64,000 bases of DNA. Origin: an uncultured Candidatus Saccharibacteria bacterium (GTDB lineage Bacteria > Patescibacteriota > Minisyncoccia > Phycocordibacterales > SBAW01). Below are positions 51,352-61,511 of the stretch, piece after piece. Below the pieces are notes generated by a model, which worked only from the letters and a program-made list of their open reading frames with translations, was not told where the DNA came from and searched no databases. Location: the NCBI GenBank assembly GCA_964650645.1, contig CAZYUH010000001.1, forward strand, positions 564,274 through 628,273, given 5' to 3'. Within the stretch, counting starts at the first letter, position 1. The number at the start of each line of letters is the position of its first letter. The translations under genes were made by a program, and so were the position numbers.

Positions 51352-52296
51352 CAGGCTTACGCCCACTTTTTGCCTGACCTCGGCCATTTTGGCCGACGCT
51401 ATCGCTTTGGCTTTAGCTGCGCCGTCGGCCAATACCCTTCTGACTTCCTCGTCTGATATGGCTGCGTACTTCGCGCGCATGGGCGCTAGGTAGGCGTTTA
51501 TGTCGGCGGCAAGCGCCTCTTTGAGCGCTTGGTACTTGCCCTTATTGGCTTCGTACAGCGGCGCGAGCTCGGCCTCGCTCTTGAGGAGCTTGTGCAGGGC
51601 GTACACGTGCTCGGGCCGCTCGCCGGAGGAGTCGGTCACGATGCTCATGACCGCCTTCTTCGTCTCTTCTTCGCTCGCGAACAGCGGGATGGTGTTCTTG
51701 TAGCTCTTGCTCATTTTCTGGCCGTCGGTGCCGGGCACGATGGCAACCTCGTCCTGCACGAGCTCCTGCGGCTCCTTAAAGGTCTGCCCGTAGGCATTGT
51801 TGAACTTGGCCGCGGCCTCGCGCGCGTACTCCACGTGCTGGCGCTGGTCCTGCCCTACCGGCACGACGTCGGCGTCGTACAAAAGGATATCGGCCGCCAT
51901 GAGTACCGGGTAGTTGAACAGTCCCGCGTTGGCTTCGAGCCCCTTGGCGACCTTGTCCTTGTAGGCGTGCGCCTGCATTAAGAACGGTACGGTCACCTGG
52001 CACTCCAATACCCACGCAAGCTCGGTGTGCTCGGGAATGTCAGACTGCTTGAAGAGGACGGCCTTGTTCGGGTCGACGCCGGCCGCGAGGTAGGCCCTGA
52101 CCACTTCCATGGTGTTGGCGCGCACGGCCGCCGCGTCCTTAAGCGACGTGAGCGAGTGGTAGTCTGCGACCATGAGGAAGCTCTCGTGCTTTGCGTATAA
52201 GTCGGCGAACGGCTTGAGCGCGCCGAAGTAGTTGCCGATGTGGAGCGCGCCCGACGACTGCAGGCCGGTAAACAGCCGTTTCTTCCCTTCTGCCAT
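51349..52296 (-). CDS. trpS: Tryptophanyl-tRNA synthetase
   Basis: It has TGLQSSGALHIGNYFGA (HIGH), VGQDQRQH and KMSKSYKN (KMSKS). Confidence 0.9.
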   Translation of the reverse strand: MAEGKKRLFTGLQSSGALHIGNYFGALKPFADLYAKHESFLMVADYHSLTSLKDAAAVRANTMEVVRAYLAAGVDPNKAVLFKQSDIPEHTELAWVLECQVTVPFLMQAHAYKDKVAKGLEANAGLFNYPVLMAADILLYDADVVPVGQDQRQHVEYAREAAAKFNNAYGQTFKEPQELVQDEVAIVPGTDGQKMSKSYKNTIPLFASEEETKKAVMSIVTDSSGERPEHVYALHKLLKSEAELAPLYEANKGKYQALKEALAADINAYLAPMRAKYAAISDEEVRRVLADGAAKAKAIASAKMAEVRQKVGVSL

Positions 52297-52410
52297 ATGC
52301 CTATGAGTGTATCAGAAAAGTCATTGCGGGGCTTGGCGGCACAGTGTATTGACAAACAGCATAAAAAGGAGTATAATTAAATAGAATTATAGTACGCACT
52401 GGAGGGTGAA

Positions 52411-52695
52411 ATGAGGAAGGTTGAGAGAATTGCTGAAAAGGGCCTGTTTTGTTTAGCCATAGAAAAAGCCGTTGAGGACTATAAACGTTCCTGCGGCGCC
52501 GCTGAATGGGGTCCGGGCGAGCTTCTGGAGCTTGCCCGGAGCGCAGCCATTGCCAAGGGCCTGAGTTACGACGGGTTCGAGGTCGACGACAGCGTCGCTC
52601 GCGCCATCGTGGCCATGGCCAGCATCTCGCGGCCGTTTGACCAGGGACTTGCCGCAGTCGAAGCCGCCTGGGATGCGTACCGCAAGCATCCTTGA
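52411..52695 (+). CDS. Hypothetical protein (94 aa)
   Basis: It has an AT-rich promoter region, an RBS ggaggg 6 nt upstream, and a terminator after the stop. Confidence 0.5.
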   Translation: MRKVERIAEKGLFCLAIEKAVEDYKRSCGAAEWGPGELLELARSAAIAKGLSYDGFEVDDSVARAIVAMASISRPFDQGLAAVEAAWDAYRKHP

Positions 52696-52714
52696 GCGTT
52701 CTTGTGGAACAGGC

Positions 52715-52752
52715 ATAAGCGCCGCCCGGTTACGGGCGGCGCTTTCTTCTTG
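52715..52752 (+). terminator. Intrinsic terminator after 52411..52695
   Basis: The sequence is aagcgccgcccg-gtta-cgggcggcgctt followed by tcttcttg. Confidence 0.7.
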
Positions 52753-52912
52753 CCTATTTCCTTATGCGGACCGGGACGAGCGACGGCTCCCGGTGCCCCA
52801 GAAGCTCCAGCAGTTTTTTTACGATCGTGTGCATGTATCCAGCGTACTCCCTTTCGCGCGCGATGCAAGCGGCTCTGTAAGCGAAAAGCGGCGCAGGCCG
52901 CTCTTTTCTTTC

Positions 52913-54022
52913 TTATATCCCCTCCTCTTTGAGTTTTTCCACCAATCCCTTGGCGGTTTTTGAAAGCTTGTGCGGGAAGAGGATCTTCACGCGCACGTAT
53001 AGGTCGCCGCGCTTCCCCGCGCGCCCCGGCACGCCGCGGCCCTTCACGCGCAGCATCTCGCCGTGGGAGACCCCGGTCGGGATGTCTATGGTCTCCTCGC
53101 CGTCGAGCGTCTGGAGCTTGTAAGTGGTGCCCAGGAGCGCGTCGGTGAGCTTGACCGAGAGCTCGGTGATGAGGTTGGGGCCGTCCTTCTTGAAGCGCGA
53201 ATCGGGCGTGACGTGCACCTTCACGTACAGGTCGCCCGGATTGCCGCCCGAGACCGCCTCGCCCATGCCGGTGAGCCGTATCATCTCGTTGCCCTCGATG
53301 CCCGGCGGTATGGTGATGTCTATCTCCTCCTGCTTCTTGTACACGCCCTCGCCGCGGCAGGTCTCGCACTTCTCCTTGGGGACCTTGCCCTGCCCGCGGC
53401 AGTGGCGGCACACGCTCTGCATGGTTATGGCGCCGAAGAACGAGTTGGTCGTCTCGTGGACCTTGCCCGCGCCGTTGCAGTGCGCGCAGGTGACGGTGTC
53501 GGTGCCCATTTTTGCGCCCGAGCCCTGGCAGGCGTCGCAGGTGCCGGTCTTCGCCAGAAGCACCGAGCGCGTCGTGCCGAATACGGACTCCTTGAACGGG
53601 ATCTCGAGGTCTATGGAAATGTCGCGGCCGCGGCGCATGCGCCCGCCGCCTGCCTGGCCCGCGAAGAAGTCCGAGAAGATGTCGCCCATGTCGAAGCCGC
53701 CCGCCTGCCCCTTGCTGAACGCCTCGGCGAACTGCGAGAAGTCGAAGCCGCCGCCCTGCCCGAAGCCGCCGAAGCCCGCGCCCGCGCCGCCGCCGTGGCC
53801 TCCGCCGCCGAACACGCGGCCGTAACTGTCGTACTCGGCGCGCTTCTTGTCGTCTGAAAGGACCGAGTACGCCTCGCTCACCTCCTTGAACTTGTCCGCG
53901 TCGCCTTCCTTCTTGTCCGGATGGAACTTGTGCGCGAGCTTGTGGAACGCTTTCTTAATCTCCTCTTTAGACGCCTTCTTCTCGAGCCCCAGAATCTCGT
54001 AGTAGTCTCTTTTGTTGGACAT
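52913..54022 (-). CDS. dnaJ: Chaperone DnaJ
   Basis: It has a J domain (HPD), a G/F region, and four CxxCxGxG zinc-finger repeats. Confidence 0.95.
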   Translation of the reverse strand: MSNKRDYYEILGLEKKASKEEIKKAFHKLAHKFHPDKKEGDADKFKEVSEAYSVLSDDKKRAEYDSYGRVFGGGGHGGGAGAGFGGFGQGGGFDFSQFAEAFSKGQAGGFDMGDIFSDFFAGQAGGGRMRRGRDISIDLEIPFKESVFGTTRSVLLAKTGTCDACQGSGAKMGTDTVTCAHCNGAGKVHETTNSFFGAITMQSVCRHCRGQGKVPKEKCETCRGEGVYKKQEEIDITIPPGIEGNEMIRLTGMGEAVSGGNPGDLYVKVHVTPDSRFKKDGPNLITELSVKLTDALLGTTYKLQTLDGEETIDIPTGVSHGEMLRVKGRGVPGRAGKRGDLYVRVKILFPHKLSKTAKGLVEKLKEEGI

Positions 54023-54033
54023 AATTGCTCAGT

Positions 54034-54061
54034 AGTATAGCTCCTTTGGGTGCGATTGCAA
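54034..54061 (-). promoter_or_regulatory. Sigma70-like promoter TTGCAA-N16-TATACT, 11 nt upstream of the dnaJ ATG
   Basis: The minus-strand sequence is TTGCAAtcgcacccaaaggagcTATACTactgagcaattATG. No CIRCE element was seen. Confidence 0.4.
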
Positions 54062-54142
54062 CACTCCAACAGTCCCGCTCGGTTGACAAGCGGTGGGAAA
54101 TCCGCGCTTCATGTCATCTTCCCTTCATGGATGCCGCCGCTT

Positions 54143-56053
54143 CTATTGCGATGCGCGCCGGCGCGGGACGCGCTTCTTCTTTGCGGGCGCTTCGGGCTCC
54201 GAAGCGTCCAGCGAGCCGGTTCTTCCAGCATGCGCTTCCTCGGGCTCGCCAAGGAACCCGCCCGCCTGGATGCTCCAGAGTTTCTGGTAGAGCCCGCGCT
54301 CGCGCACGAGCTGCAGGTGCGTGCCCTGCGCCACCACCGCGCCGGCCTCCATGACGATGATGCGGTCCATTTTCATGATGGTCGAGAGGCGGTGCGCGAT
54401 GACGATGACGGTCTTCCCTCTCATGAGCGTCTCGAGCGCGTCCTGGATGAGCGCCTCCGACCCGCTGTCGAGGCTCGACGTCGCTTCGTCCAGGACGAGT
54501 ATGGGCGCGTCCTTGAGTATCGCGCGCGCTATGGCGACGCGCTGGCGCTCGCCTCCGGAGAGCTTGACGCCGCGCTCGCCCACGAGCGTCTCGTAGCCCT
54601 GCGGCAGGCGCTCTATGAACTCGTGGCAGTGCGCCTTCTTGGCCGCTTCGATGACCTGCGCGTCGGTGGCGTCGCGCCAGCCGTAGCGGATGTTCTCCAT
54701 GAGCGACCGATGGAAGAGCGCCGGCTCCTGCGGCACGAAGGCTATCGCGTCGCGCAGGCTGTCCTGCGTGACCCCCGCGATATCCTGCCCGTCTATCTTT
54801 ATCTCGCCCGAGTCGACGTCGTAGAGCCGCAGGAGGAGCTTGGTGACGGTCGATTTGCCCGCGCCCGACGGCCCTACCAGCGCGACGCGCTCGCCGCCCG
54901 CTATGGCGAGGTTGAGCTGGCGCAGGACGGGCGCGTCCGCGTGGAAGTTGAACGACACGTCGTCGAACCAGACCTGCCCGCGCTCTATCGCCAAATGCCT
55001 GGCGCCCCGCTTGTCCCGCACCTCGTGGGGCGTCTGGAGTATCGCGAGCATCTCGCCCGCGTCGGCGAACGCGTCGTAGAACCGGCGCAGGTTGAATCCG
55101 ATGCTCATGAGCAGGTTGAACACGGTCAGGAGGTAGGACTGTATGAGCACGAAATCGCCGACGGTCAAAAGGCCCTGCTTCCAGAGCAGGACGGCGCCCC
55201 ACATGAGCCCCACCTGTATGGCGACAACGAAGAGCCCTATAGCGCCCCATATCCAGCCGTCCACGAGCCAGTTGCGCAGGGTCTTCTGGTGCCAGTCGGA
55301 CACCACTGCCCTGAGCCGCCCGCGCTCGTGGCTAAGGCCCGAAAAGAGCGCGACGGAGGACTGGTTGGCTATCGCGTCGGAGAGCGCGCCGGTGACTTTG
55401 GTGTCGGCTTCGGAGCGCGCCCTGCGCACGGGCTGGCGCAGGCGGCCGATGAGCGCCTGGAACCACACGAACAGGACGCACCACGCGCCGAGCGCGGCGC
55501 CCAGCAGCGGGTGGCGCATGAACAGGACGGCGGTCGCTCCGGCGACGAACAGCGCCGCCGGGACGAACTGCAGGAGGATGGCGTCGAGTATGCCCTCGAA
55601 GGCGCGCGTATAGCGGCTTACTTTGTGCGTGAGCGCGCCGGAGAAGCTGGAGACGAAGAAGCTGTGCGAATGGCCCATGAGGTACGCGAACGTCTTCTCG
55701 TACAGCGACGCCATGATGCCCGCCTGCAGGTAGACGTTGGCGATGTCCTGCGCGCGCTTGAGCAGGCGGTCGGCCACCCATAGGGCCGCTATTACCCATA
55801 GCGTGGAAAGGAGCGCCGCCGCGGCGGCCTCGCTCGGCCCCTGCGCCGCGAGCGCATTGAAGAACTGGCGCAGGTACCACGGCGCCGCGAGGACCGCCGC
55901 TTCCATGGCAACGGTCGACGCGAGCACGGCGCCTAGCAGGAGCGGGCGCCGCCTGACGTGGGGCCAGAACGCGGCGAGCACCGCTTTGGGCGGTACCGCG
56001 CTCTTCTTGCTTTTATTCTGCGCGGAAGCGTCCTGATTCGGGGGCATTTTCAC
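54143..56053 (-). CDS. ABC exporter, fused permease/ATPase (MsbA/lipid-multidrug exporter family)
   Basis: It has six N-terminal TMs, then Walker A GPSGAGKST, signature LSGGERQRVAIARA and Walker B LVLDEATS. Confidence 0.9.
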   Translation of the reverse strand: MKMPPNQDASAQNKSKKSAVPPKAVLAAFWPHVRRRPLLLGAVLASTVAMEAAVLAAPWYLRQFFNALAAQGPSEAAAAALLSTLWVIAALWVADRLLKRAQDIANVYLQAGIMASLYEKTFAYLMGHSHSFFVSSFSGALTHKVSRYTRAFEGILDAILLQFVPAALFVAGATAVLFMRHPLLGAALGAWCVLFVWFQALIGRLRQPVRRARSEADTKVTGALSDAIANQSSVALFSGLSHERGRLRAVVSDWHQKTLRNWLVDGWIWGAIGLFVVAIQVGLMWGAVLLWKQGLLTVGDFVLIQSYLLTVFNLLMSIGFNLRRFYDAFADAGEMLAILQTPHEVRDKRGARHLAIERGQVWFDDVSFNFHADAPVLRQLNLAIAGGERVALVGPSGAGKSTVTKLLLRLYDVDSGEIKIDGQDIAGVTQDSLRDAIAFVPQEPALFHRSLMENIRYGWRDATDAQVIEAAKKAHCHEFIERLPQGYETLVGERGVKLSGGERQRVAIARAILKDAPILVLDEATSSLDSGSEALIQDALETLMRGKTVIVIAHRLSTIMKMDRIIVMEAGAVVAQGTHLQLVRERGLYQKLWSIQAGGFLGEPEEAHAGRTGSLDASEPEAPAKKKRVPRRRASQ

Positions 56054-56131
56054 TAGTCTACACCCGCGCGCGCAAAACGCCTCGCCGTATGCTTGACGAG
56101 GCGCCTGCGTGCCGCGTTGCCGCCCCTGCGG

Positions 56132-56818
56132 CTATGCGCGCCTAAGGGAGGCGTAGGCGATGCCCGCGCCCGCCAGTCCGATGAACGAAAGGAGCGTCCA
56201 TAGGACCATGCTGTCCCCGCCGCCCGTGTTGGGGATGCCGGGAATGCCGCCCGTGCCCGGCGTTCCCGCGGTTGCCGACTGTATGACGGCTATGCCGAGC
56301 GGCTTGGCGGTGGCGCCCTTCTGCGGGTCGGAGCCCTCGACCGTGGCGCTTGCGCCGTCCGCTTCCGCCTCTACCTGGGATACGAATATAGAGGTTGCGA
56401 CGGCGCTCCCGTTGGGAGCGGTCGCGGGGATGCTGCAGGTGAGATAGAGCACCGCCGTCGAATTCGCGGGTATCTCAAGCGGGTCGTCGAGGGTAACCAC
56501 GACGTCCCCGCTCCCCATCTGTCCGAGCGCGTTGGCGCCGGTGTTGAGCGGCGCGCCCGCCGCGCTGTCGCGGTGGAGCATGCAGCCGCTAAGCGGGGTC
56601 GCCTGCGCGTCGCTGTACCCCATAGAGAGCGGGAGCTTTTCGAGCGTAACGTCCTCGCCGCCCGCGCGCAGCGCGATGGTGGCGATGGTGCGGTCCGGGC
56701 CCGTGGCGACGCTCGCCGGAGCGCCGACGCTCACAGTAAGCCCCGGCTGGGCCTGCGCGGATGCCACGCCCGCCAGCCCTACGAGCGCCGCAATGAACGC
56801 GGCTTTCAATGGTGTCAT
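56132..56818 (-). CDS. Cell-surface protein with a sortase-type C-terminal sorting signal (IPNTGGG, hydrophobic segment, then RRA)
   Basis: It has an N-terminal signal peptide. The C-terminus ...GIPGIPNTGGGDSMVLWTLLSFIGLAGAGIAYASLRRA shows an LPXTG-like motif, a TM and a basic tail. Confidence 0.6.
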   Translation of the reverse strand: MTPLKAAFIAALVGLAGVASAQAQPGLTVSVGAPASVATGPDRTIATIALRAGGEDVTLEKLPLSMGYSDAQATPLSGCMLHRDSAAGAPLNTGANALGQMGSGDVVVTLDDPLEIPANSTAVLYLTCSIPATAPNGSAVATSIFVSQVEAEADGASATVEGSDPQKGATAKPLGIAVIQSATAGTPGTGGIPGIPNTGGGDSMVLWTLLSFIGLAGAGIAYASLRRA

Positions 56819-56956
56819 AAGTCTTTATGGTAGTGATTAGGCAAGTAAAGCTCGACCGAACGTAATTGCCACTAATGGCAAAGGCAGCACAATCGCTTGT
56901 GCCGCCTCTACTCCACCATAGTTCTGTGGGCTTAATTTGCCGTGAATCAAGCGCCG

Positions 56957-58864
56957 CTATTTCTGCTCGGGCGCGTCGCCCGGAGGCGTGTCCACCGGAG
57001 GGGTCTGCGGCTCCTGCGGCGCCTGCTGTGCGCCGGGCTCGTTGCCGGCGGCTTTCTGAATCGCCTCGTACGCCTTTGACATTTCTTTCGAAAGGTCTTC
57101 GGTCGCGGCCTTTATCCCCGCGGCGTCGTCGCTCCCCTTCTTGTCCTCGACCGCCTTTATCTTTTCCGTTATCGCGGCGCCGAGCTCGGCCGGAATCTTG
57201 TCCTTGTTGTCGTCCAAAGCCTTCTTTGCGGCGTAGACGCTCTGCTCGGCCACGTTGCGCGCCTCGGCAAGCTCCATCTTCTGCTTGTCCTGCGCGGCGT
57301 TAGCCTCGGCATCCTTGCGCATCTTCTCGATGTCGGCGTCGGAGAGGCCCGACGAGCCCTCGATGCGTATGGACTGTTCCTTGTTGGTCGCCTTGTCCTT
57401 CGCCTTTACTGTGAGTATGCCGTTGGCGTCCACGTCGAAGGTCACCTCGATCTGCGGCAGGCCGCGCGGCGCCGGAGGGATGCCGTCTAATACGAAGCGG
57501 CCGAGGCTCTTGTTGTCGGCGGCCATGGCGCGCTCGCCCTGGGTGACGTGGATCTCGACGCTGGTCTGGTTGTCGGCCGCGGTCGAGAACGTCTGGCTGC
57601 GGCTGGTCGGGATGGTCGTGTTGCGCTCGATGAGCTTCGTGGCGACGTTGCCCATGGTTTCGATGCCGAGGGAGAGCGGGATGACGTCGAGCAGGAGCAC
57701 GTCGCGCACCTCGCCGCCGAGTATGCCGCCCTGGATGGCCGCGCCTATGGCGACCACTTCGTCGGGGTTGACCGACATGTTGGGCTTCTTGCCGAAGTAC
57801 GCCTCTACCGCCGCCTGCATGGCGGGCATGCGGGTCTGGCCGCCCACGAGGATCACTTCGTGTATGTCCGCAGCCTTGAAGGGCGACGCCTCCATGGCGC
57901 GGCGGGTTATGGCGATGGCGCGCTCGATGAACTCGGCCGTAAGCTCCTCGAGCTTCGCGCGGGTCATCTTGACGAGCAGGTGGCGCGGGCCGGACGCGTC
58001 GGAGGTGATGAACGGGATATTGACCTCGGTCTCAAGGGAGGTTGAAAGCTCGATTTTCGCCTTTTCAGCGGCCTCGTCGAGGCGCTGGCGCGCCAGCGGG
58101 TCCTGGCGGATATCGATGCCCGACTCCTTCTGGAACTCGCCTGCCAGCCAGTCGATTATCTTCTGGTCGATGTCCTTGCCGCCCAGGTGCGCGTCGCCGT
58201 CGGTGGAGCGCACCTCGATGGAGCCCTCCTCCCCGCCGGCCATGACGACCTCGAGGACGGAGATGTCGAAGGTGCCGCCGCCGAAATCGAACACGACGAT
58301 CTTCTCATCCTTCTTCTTATTGAATCCGTAGGCGAGCGCGGCCGCGGTCGGCTCGTTGATGATGCGCTTCACCTCGAGTCCGGCGATCTTGCCCGCGTCG
58401 CGGGTGGCGGCGCGCTGGGCGTCGTTGAAGTACGCGGGCACGGTGATGACCGCCTCGGTAACGGGCTCGCCCAGGCGCTTCTCGGCGTCGGCCTTGAGCT
58501 TGCCGAGTATCATCGCGGAGGCCTCTTCAGGGCGCATCCACGCCTCGCCCATCTTTACCTCGATGCCGCCGTTCTGCGACTTGCGCATCTCGAAGGGCAC
58601 GGCCTTGGCGTCGCGCTGGACGTTCGCCTCGTCGAAGGTGTGGCCGATGAAGCGCTTGATCTGGTAGACGGTGTTCTTGGGGTTGGTGACCGCCTGGCGG
58701 CGCGCAATGAGGCCCACGAGGCGCTCGCCGGTCTTGGAGACCGCGACGACGGAGGGCGTCGTGCGCGCGCCCTCGCTGTTTTCAAGTATCTGGGGCTCGC
58801 CGCCGCGCATGACCGCCATGGCGGAGTTGGTGGTGCCCAGGTCTATGCCGAGAATCTTTGCCAT
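56957..58864 (-). CDS. dnaK: Chaperone DnaK (Hsp70)
   Basis: It has the signatures IDLGTTNS and DLGGGTFD, plus a C-terminal lid. Confidence 0.97.
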   Translation of the reverse strand: MAKILGIDLGTTNSAMAVMRGGEPQILENSEGARTTPSVVAVSKTGERLVGLIARRQAVTNPKNTVYQIKRFIGHTFDEANVQRDAKAVPFEMRKSQNGGIEVKMGEAWMRPEEASAMILGKLKADAEKRLGEPVTEAVITVPAYFNDAQRAATRDAGKIAGLEVKRIINEPTAAALAYGFNKKKDEKIVVFDFGGGTFDISVLEVVMAGGEEGSIEVRSTDGDAHLGGKDIDQKIIDWLAGEFQKESGIDIRQDPLARQRLDEAAEKAKIELSTSLETEVNIPFITSDASGPRHLLVKMTRAKLEELTAEFIERAIAITRRAMEASPFKAADIHEVILVGGQTRMPAMQAAVEAYFGKKPNMSVNPDEVVAIGAAIQGGILGGEVRDVLLLDVIPLSLGIETMGNVATKLIERNTTIPTSRSQTFSTAADNQTSVEIHVTQGERAMAADNKSLGRFVLDGIPPAPRGLPQIEVTFDVDANGILTVKAKDKATNKEQSIRIEGSSGLSDADIEKMRKDAEANAAQDKQKMELAEARNVAEQSVYAAKKALDDNKDKIPAELGAAITEKIKAVEDKKGSDDAAGIKAATEDLSKEMSKAYEAIQKAAGNEPGAQQAPQEPQTPPVDTPPGDAPEQK

Positions 58865-58893
58865 ATCGTTGTAATGCTAGTTGCTAATGGGTA

Positions 58894-59382
58894 TTAAATG
58901 ATTACCTGCGCGGGCCTGATGATCGCGTCCTTAATCCTGTAGCCGGAGCGCTCGACCGACAGTACCTCGTGGTCGTCCGTCTGCTTGGCGAGCGCTTCGT
59001 GCCTTGCCGGGTCGAACTCCTCTCCCGCTTCACCGAAGCGCTCGATGCCGAGGCGCTTGAGCGAGTCGAGGAACTGCTTCTCGATCATCTTGAGGTTCGC
59101 GTCGTCCGGATGGTGCCTGATGGAGAGCTCCAGGACGTCCAGCGCCGGCATGAGCTCCTCGAGCAGCTTGGCCTTGATGCGCTCCTCGCGGTCGCCGTGC
59201 ATGGATGCCTCCTCTTTCTTGTAGTTGGCGAAGTCTGCGCGGGAGCGCTGCCACCCTTCCAGGTATTCCTGTTTCTCCTCTACGGCCTTCTTCAGCTTGT
59301 CGCGGAGCCTCTTGAGCGCCCCGTCGCCGCCCCCTTCCCCTTCTTCTTCCGGGATAAATTCCTTCTCTGAATCATCCATCAT
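58894..59382 (-). CDS. grpE: Nucleotide exchange factor GrpE
   Basis: It has a coiled-coil N-terminus and the GrpE C-terminal beta domain (..VLSVERSGYRIKDAIIRPAQV). Confidence 0.85.
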   Translation of the reverse strand: MMDDSEKEFIPEEEGEGGGDGALKRLRDKLKKAVEEKQEYLEGWQRSRADFANYKKEEASMHGDREERIKAKLLEELMPALDVLELSIRHHPDDANLKMIEKQFLDSLKRLGIERFGEAGEEFDPARHEALAKQTDDHEVLSVERSGYRIKDAIIRPAQVII

Positions 59383-59391
59383 AATGTTGCT

Positions 59392-59397
59392 ATTCTA
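59392..59397 (-). promoter_or_regulatory. -10 box TAGAAT 9 nt upstream of the grpE ATG
   Basis: The minus-strand sequence is tgTAGAATagcaacattATG. Confidence 0.3.
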
Positions 59398-59437
59398 CAT
59401 AAAAAAGAGGCCCCGTCAAAAATACGACGGGGCCGGC
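59398..59437 (-). terminator. Minus-strand intrinsic terminator after the caspase-TPR gene
   Basis: The sequence is ggccccgtcgtatttttgacggggcc followed by tctttttt (minus strand). Confidence 0.65.
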
Positions 59438-59440
59438 GCG

Positions 59441-60964
59441 CTAGTATTTGGGCACGTACCGCTCCCATGCGGCTTTAGCGAGGCAGCTTCTGTCCGCCTG
59501 GTCGCTGTCGCGCCTGGCGGCGTAGTCTGCCTCCTGCCGGGCGGCGTCCGTGTCGCCCAGCATGCGCTTGGCGAAGCAGAGTCCCGAGTGCGGAGCGACG
59601 AACTTGGGGCTTATCTCGAGCGCCTTGCCGAACCACCGTATCGCATCCTGGTAGTCACCCGGCCCGCCGCGCAGGTTGTACGCCTCGCCGAGGAAGTACG
59701 CGTTCTTGGCGGAGGCGGGGTCGAGCTTCGCCGCATTCTGAAGGTCGCTGATAGCGTTGTCCAGGATGCGGTTGGTGCGCTGGCCGGTCCTCTTGAGGGC
59801 CTTCCATGTGGCGGCAATCATGTTGCCGCGGTGGCGGTACGAGTTCGGGTACGCGGGCTCAAGCCGTATCGCCGCGTCCAGGTCCTCGAAGCCTGAACGG
59901 TACATGGCAAGGGCTTCGTGCTGGTTCTGCGCGTTGAGGCCGTCCTGGAGCCATGCGTACCCGCGGTAGCTGTAGTTGATGGCGTTGCGCTGTCCGGAGT
60001 CTATCGCCCGCGAGAGAATCTCCCTCCCGTCGGCGTACCTGAGCTCCGAGAAGCGCTTGTCCGCTTCCTGGTAGGCGGCAAGCGTCGTCGAGTCGACGCT
60101 TTGCGCTGCGCCGGGCGGCGGCATGTGCTGCGGCATTGCCGGCGCGACGGCGGGAGCCTCCGGCGCCGGGCTTACCGCTGCAAGCGGCTCCGTGAAGTAG
60201 AAGGTGCCGGATATCGCCGACGCCTGCATCCACGGCTCCTGCTCGCCCCGCGTCCGCTTCAGCACGAGGTTTGCGGCCTCGTTGACGACGCGGAACTGGT
60301 CGTACCCCGGCTTCCCCATCGCCTCAAGGAGGGCCTTTGCGTAGGGGCTGTTCCCTCCGGCGGGACCGTCAGACGCGACGTTGCCCGGCTGTGTGGCGAA
60401 GCCTATGAGCGTGCCCGTGGGCGCGCGCATCTCGGCCAAGCCGTCGCGCATGGGCACGAAGGACCTGCTCGATGTCCTGATGCTCCGGAACGGGTTGTTT
60501 CGGCACGCGTCCAGGAAGAACAGGTTGAACTTCGAGCGGGCTCGCGCTATCTGGTCCATGACGAAGTCGGCGCTGAGGCTCGCGCTGTCGAGCCTGTCAG
60601 CATCCGGCGCGTCGGCGTCGACGGGCAGGAGGTAGTTAGTCCCGCTGACCTGCATGCCGTGGCCCGAGTAATAGAACAGGGTCACGTCCGCGCCGCGAGC
60701 CGCTTCGCCGTAGAGGCGCGCCAGCCTTTTCATGCCCTCCATGCCGAGGTTGAGCTGGGCCCCGCCGCCCACCAGCTCGAAGCCCTTGCCTTTCAGGAAT
60801 TCCGCTATCTTCCGCGCGTCGTTGGCGGGATTGTTCAGGCTTTGGACGTGCCTGTAGTCGGTGTTGCCGATAACGAGCGCGACCTTCTTTTCCGCGCGCG
60901 CGGGCGCGGCAAGCGTGAGGGATAAAAAGAGCGCGACGAGCGCCCCTTGAGCGCGTAGTGCCAT
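59441..60964 (-). CDS. Secreted caspase-family (C14) peptidase fused to C-terminal TPR repeats
   Basis: It has a signal peptide. The caspase His-Cys dyad contexts YYSGHG and FFLDACRN are present, the start KVALVIGNTDY is typical, and the C-terminal half carries TPR-like repeats (AYFLGEAY...). Confidence 0.75.
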   Translation of the reverse strand: MALRAQGALVALFLSLTLAAPARAEKKVALVIGNTDYRHVQSLNNPANDARKIAEFLKGKGFELVGGGAQLNLGMEGMKRLARLYGEAARGADVTLFYYSGHGMQVSGTNYLLPVDADAPDADRLDSASLSADFVMDQIARARSKFNLFFLDACRNNPFRSIRTSSRSFVPMRDGLAEMRAPTGTLIGFATQPGNVASDGPAGGNSPYAKALLEAMGKPGYDQFRVVNEAANLVLKRTRGEQEPWMQASAISGTFYFTEPLAAVSPAPEAPAVAPAMPQHMPPPGAAQSVDSTTLAAYQEADKRFSELRYADGREILSRAIDSGQRNAINYSYRGYAWLQDGLNAQNQHEALAMYRSGFEDLDAAIRLEPAYPNSYRHRGNMIAATWKALKRTGQRTNRILDNAISDLQNAAKLDPASAKNAYFLGEAYNLRGGPGDYQDAIRWFGKALEISPKFVAPHSGLCFAKRMLGDTDAARQEADYAARRDSDQADRSCLAKAAWERYVPKY

Positions 60965-61090
60965 GTGCGGCCTCCTTTTGAATGACCGTGAACCTTCAAA
61001 CTGCGTCCGGAGTGATTATGCTAAGGAGTGCGGGGTAAGTCAATATACAAAGCGCGGACGCTTTCGCGTCCGCGCTTTTGCTGAAAGCGG

Positions 61091-61510
61091 TTAGCGCTTC
61101 GACCACTGCTTGCGCTTGCGGGCCTTGACGAAGCCGGCCTTGCGGCGCTCCTTGGCGCGCGGGTCGCGCTTGAGGAAGCCTTCGGCCTTGAGCGTGCCGC
61201 GGGTGTCCGGGTCGAACTCGGTGAGCGCGCGCGAAATCGCGTGGCGCACGGCCGTCGCCTGGCCCGAGATGCCGCCGCCGCGCACGATGACCGTGACGGT
61301 GAACTGTTGCGGCAGGGAGAGTTTGAGGAAGGGCTCGACCGCGGTGGTGCGCAGGGCGTCGGTGTGGAAATACTCCTGGGCGTCCTTGCCGTTTATGAGG
61401 ACGCTCATGCGCGACGAGGGCAGGATGCGCGCGCGGGCGATAGCCTCCTTGCGGCGGCCTACGGCCTCGGTGTAGCGGTCCTCCTTCTTGATTGCGGGTG
61501 CGGTAGCCAT
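61091..61510 (-). CDS. rpsI: 30S ribosomal protein S9
   Basis: The protein spans ...GRRKEAIARARI...GGGISGQATAVRHAISRAL...RKAGFVKARKRKQWSKR. Confidence 0.95.
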   Translation of the reverse strand: MATAPAIKKEDRYTEAVGRRKEAIARARILPSSRMSVLINGKDAQEYFHTDALRTTAVEPFLKLSLPQQFTVTVIVRGGGISGQATAVRHAISRALTEFDPDTRGTLKAEGFLKRDPRAKERRKAGFVKARKRKQWSKR

Positions 61511-61511
61511 A

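Noticed and set aside
52760-52880. 26-aa minus-strand ORF (MHTIVKKLLELLGHREPSLVPVRIRK) downstream of dnaJ
   Set aside because: It is too short, with no RBS and no support.
54050-55783. 577-aa plus-strand ORF and 378-aa minus-strand ORF (54114..55250)
   Set aside because: Both overlap the ABC exporter, which has clear Walker/signature motifs in its own frame.
57255-58331. 358-aa plus-strand ORF
   Set aside because: It is antisense to dnaK.
59918-60925. 335-aa plus-strand ORF
   Set aside because: It is antisense to the caspase-TPR gene.
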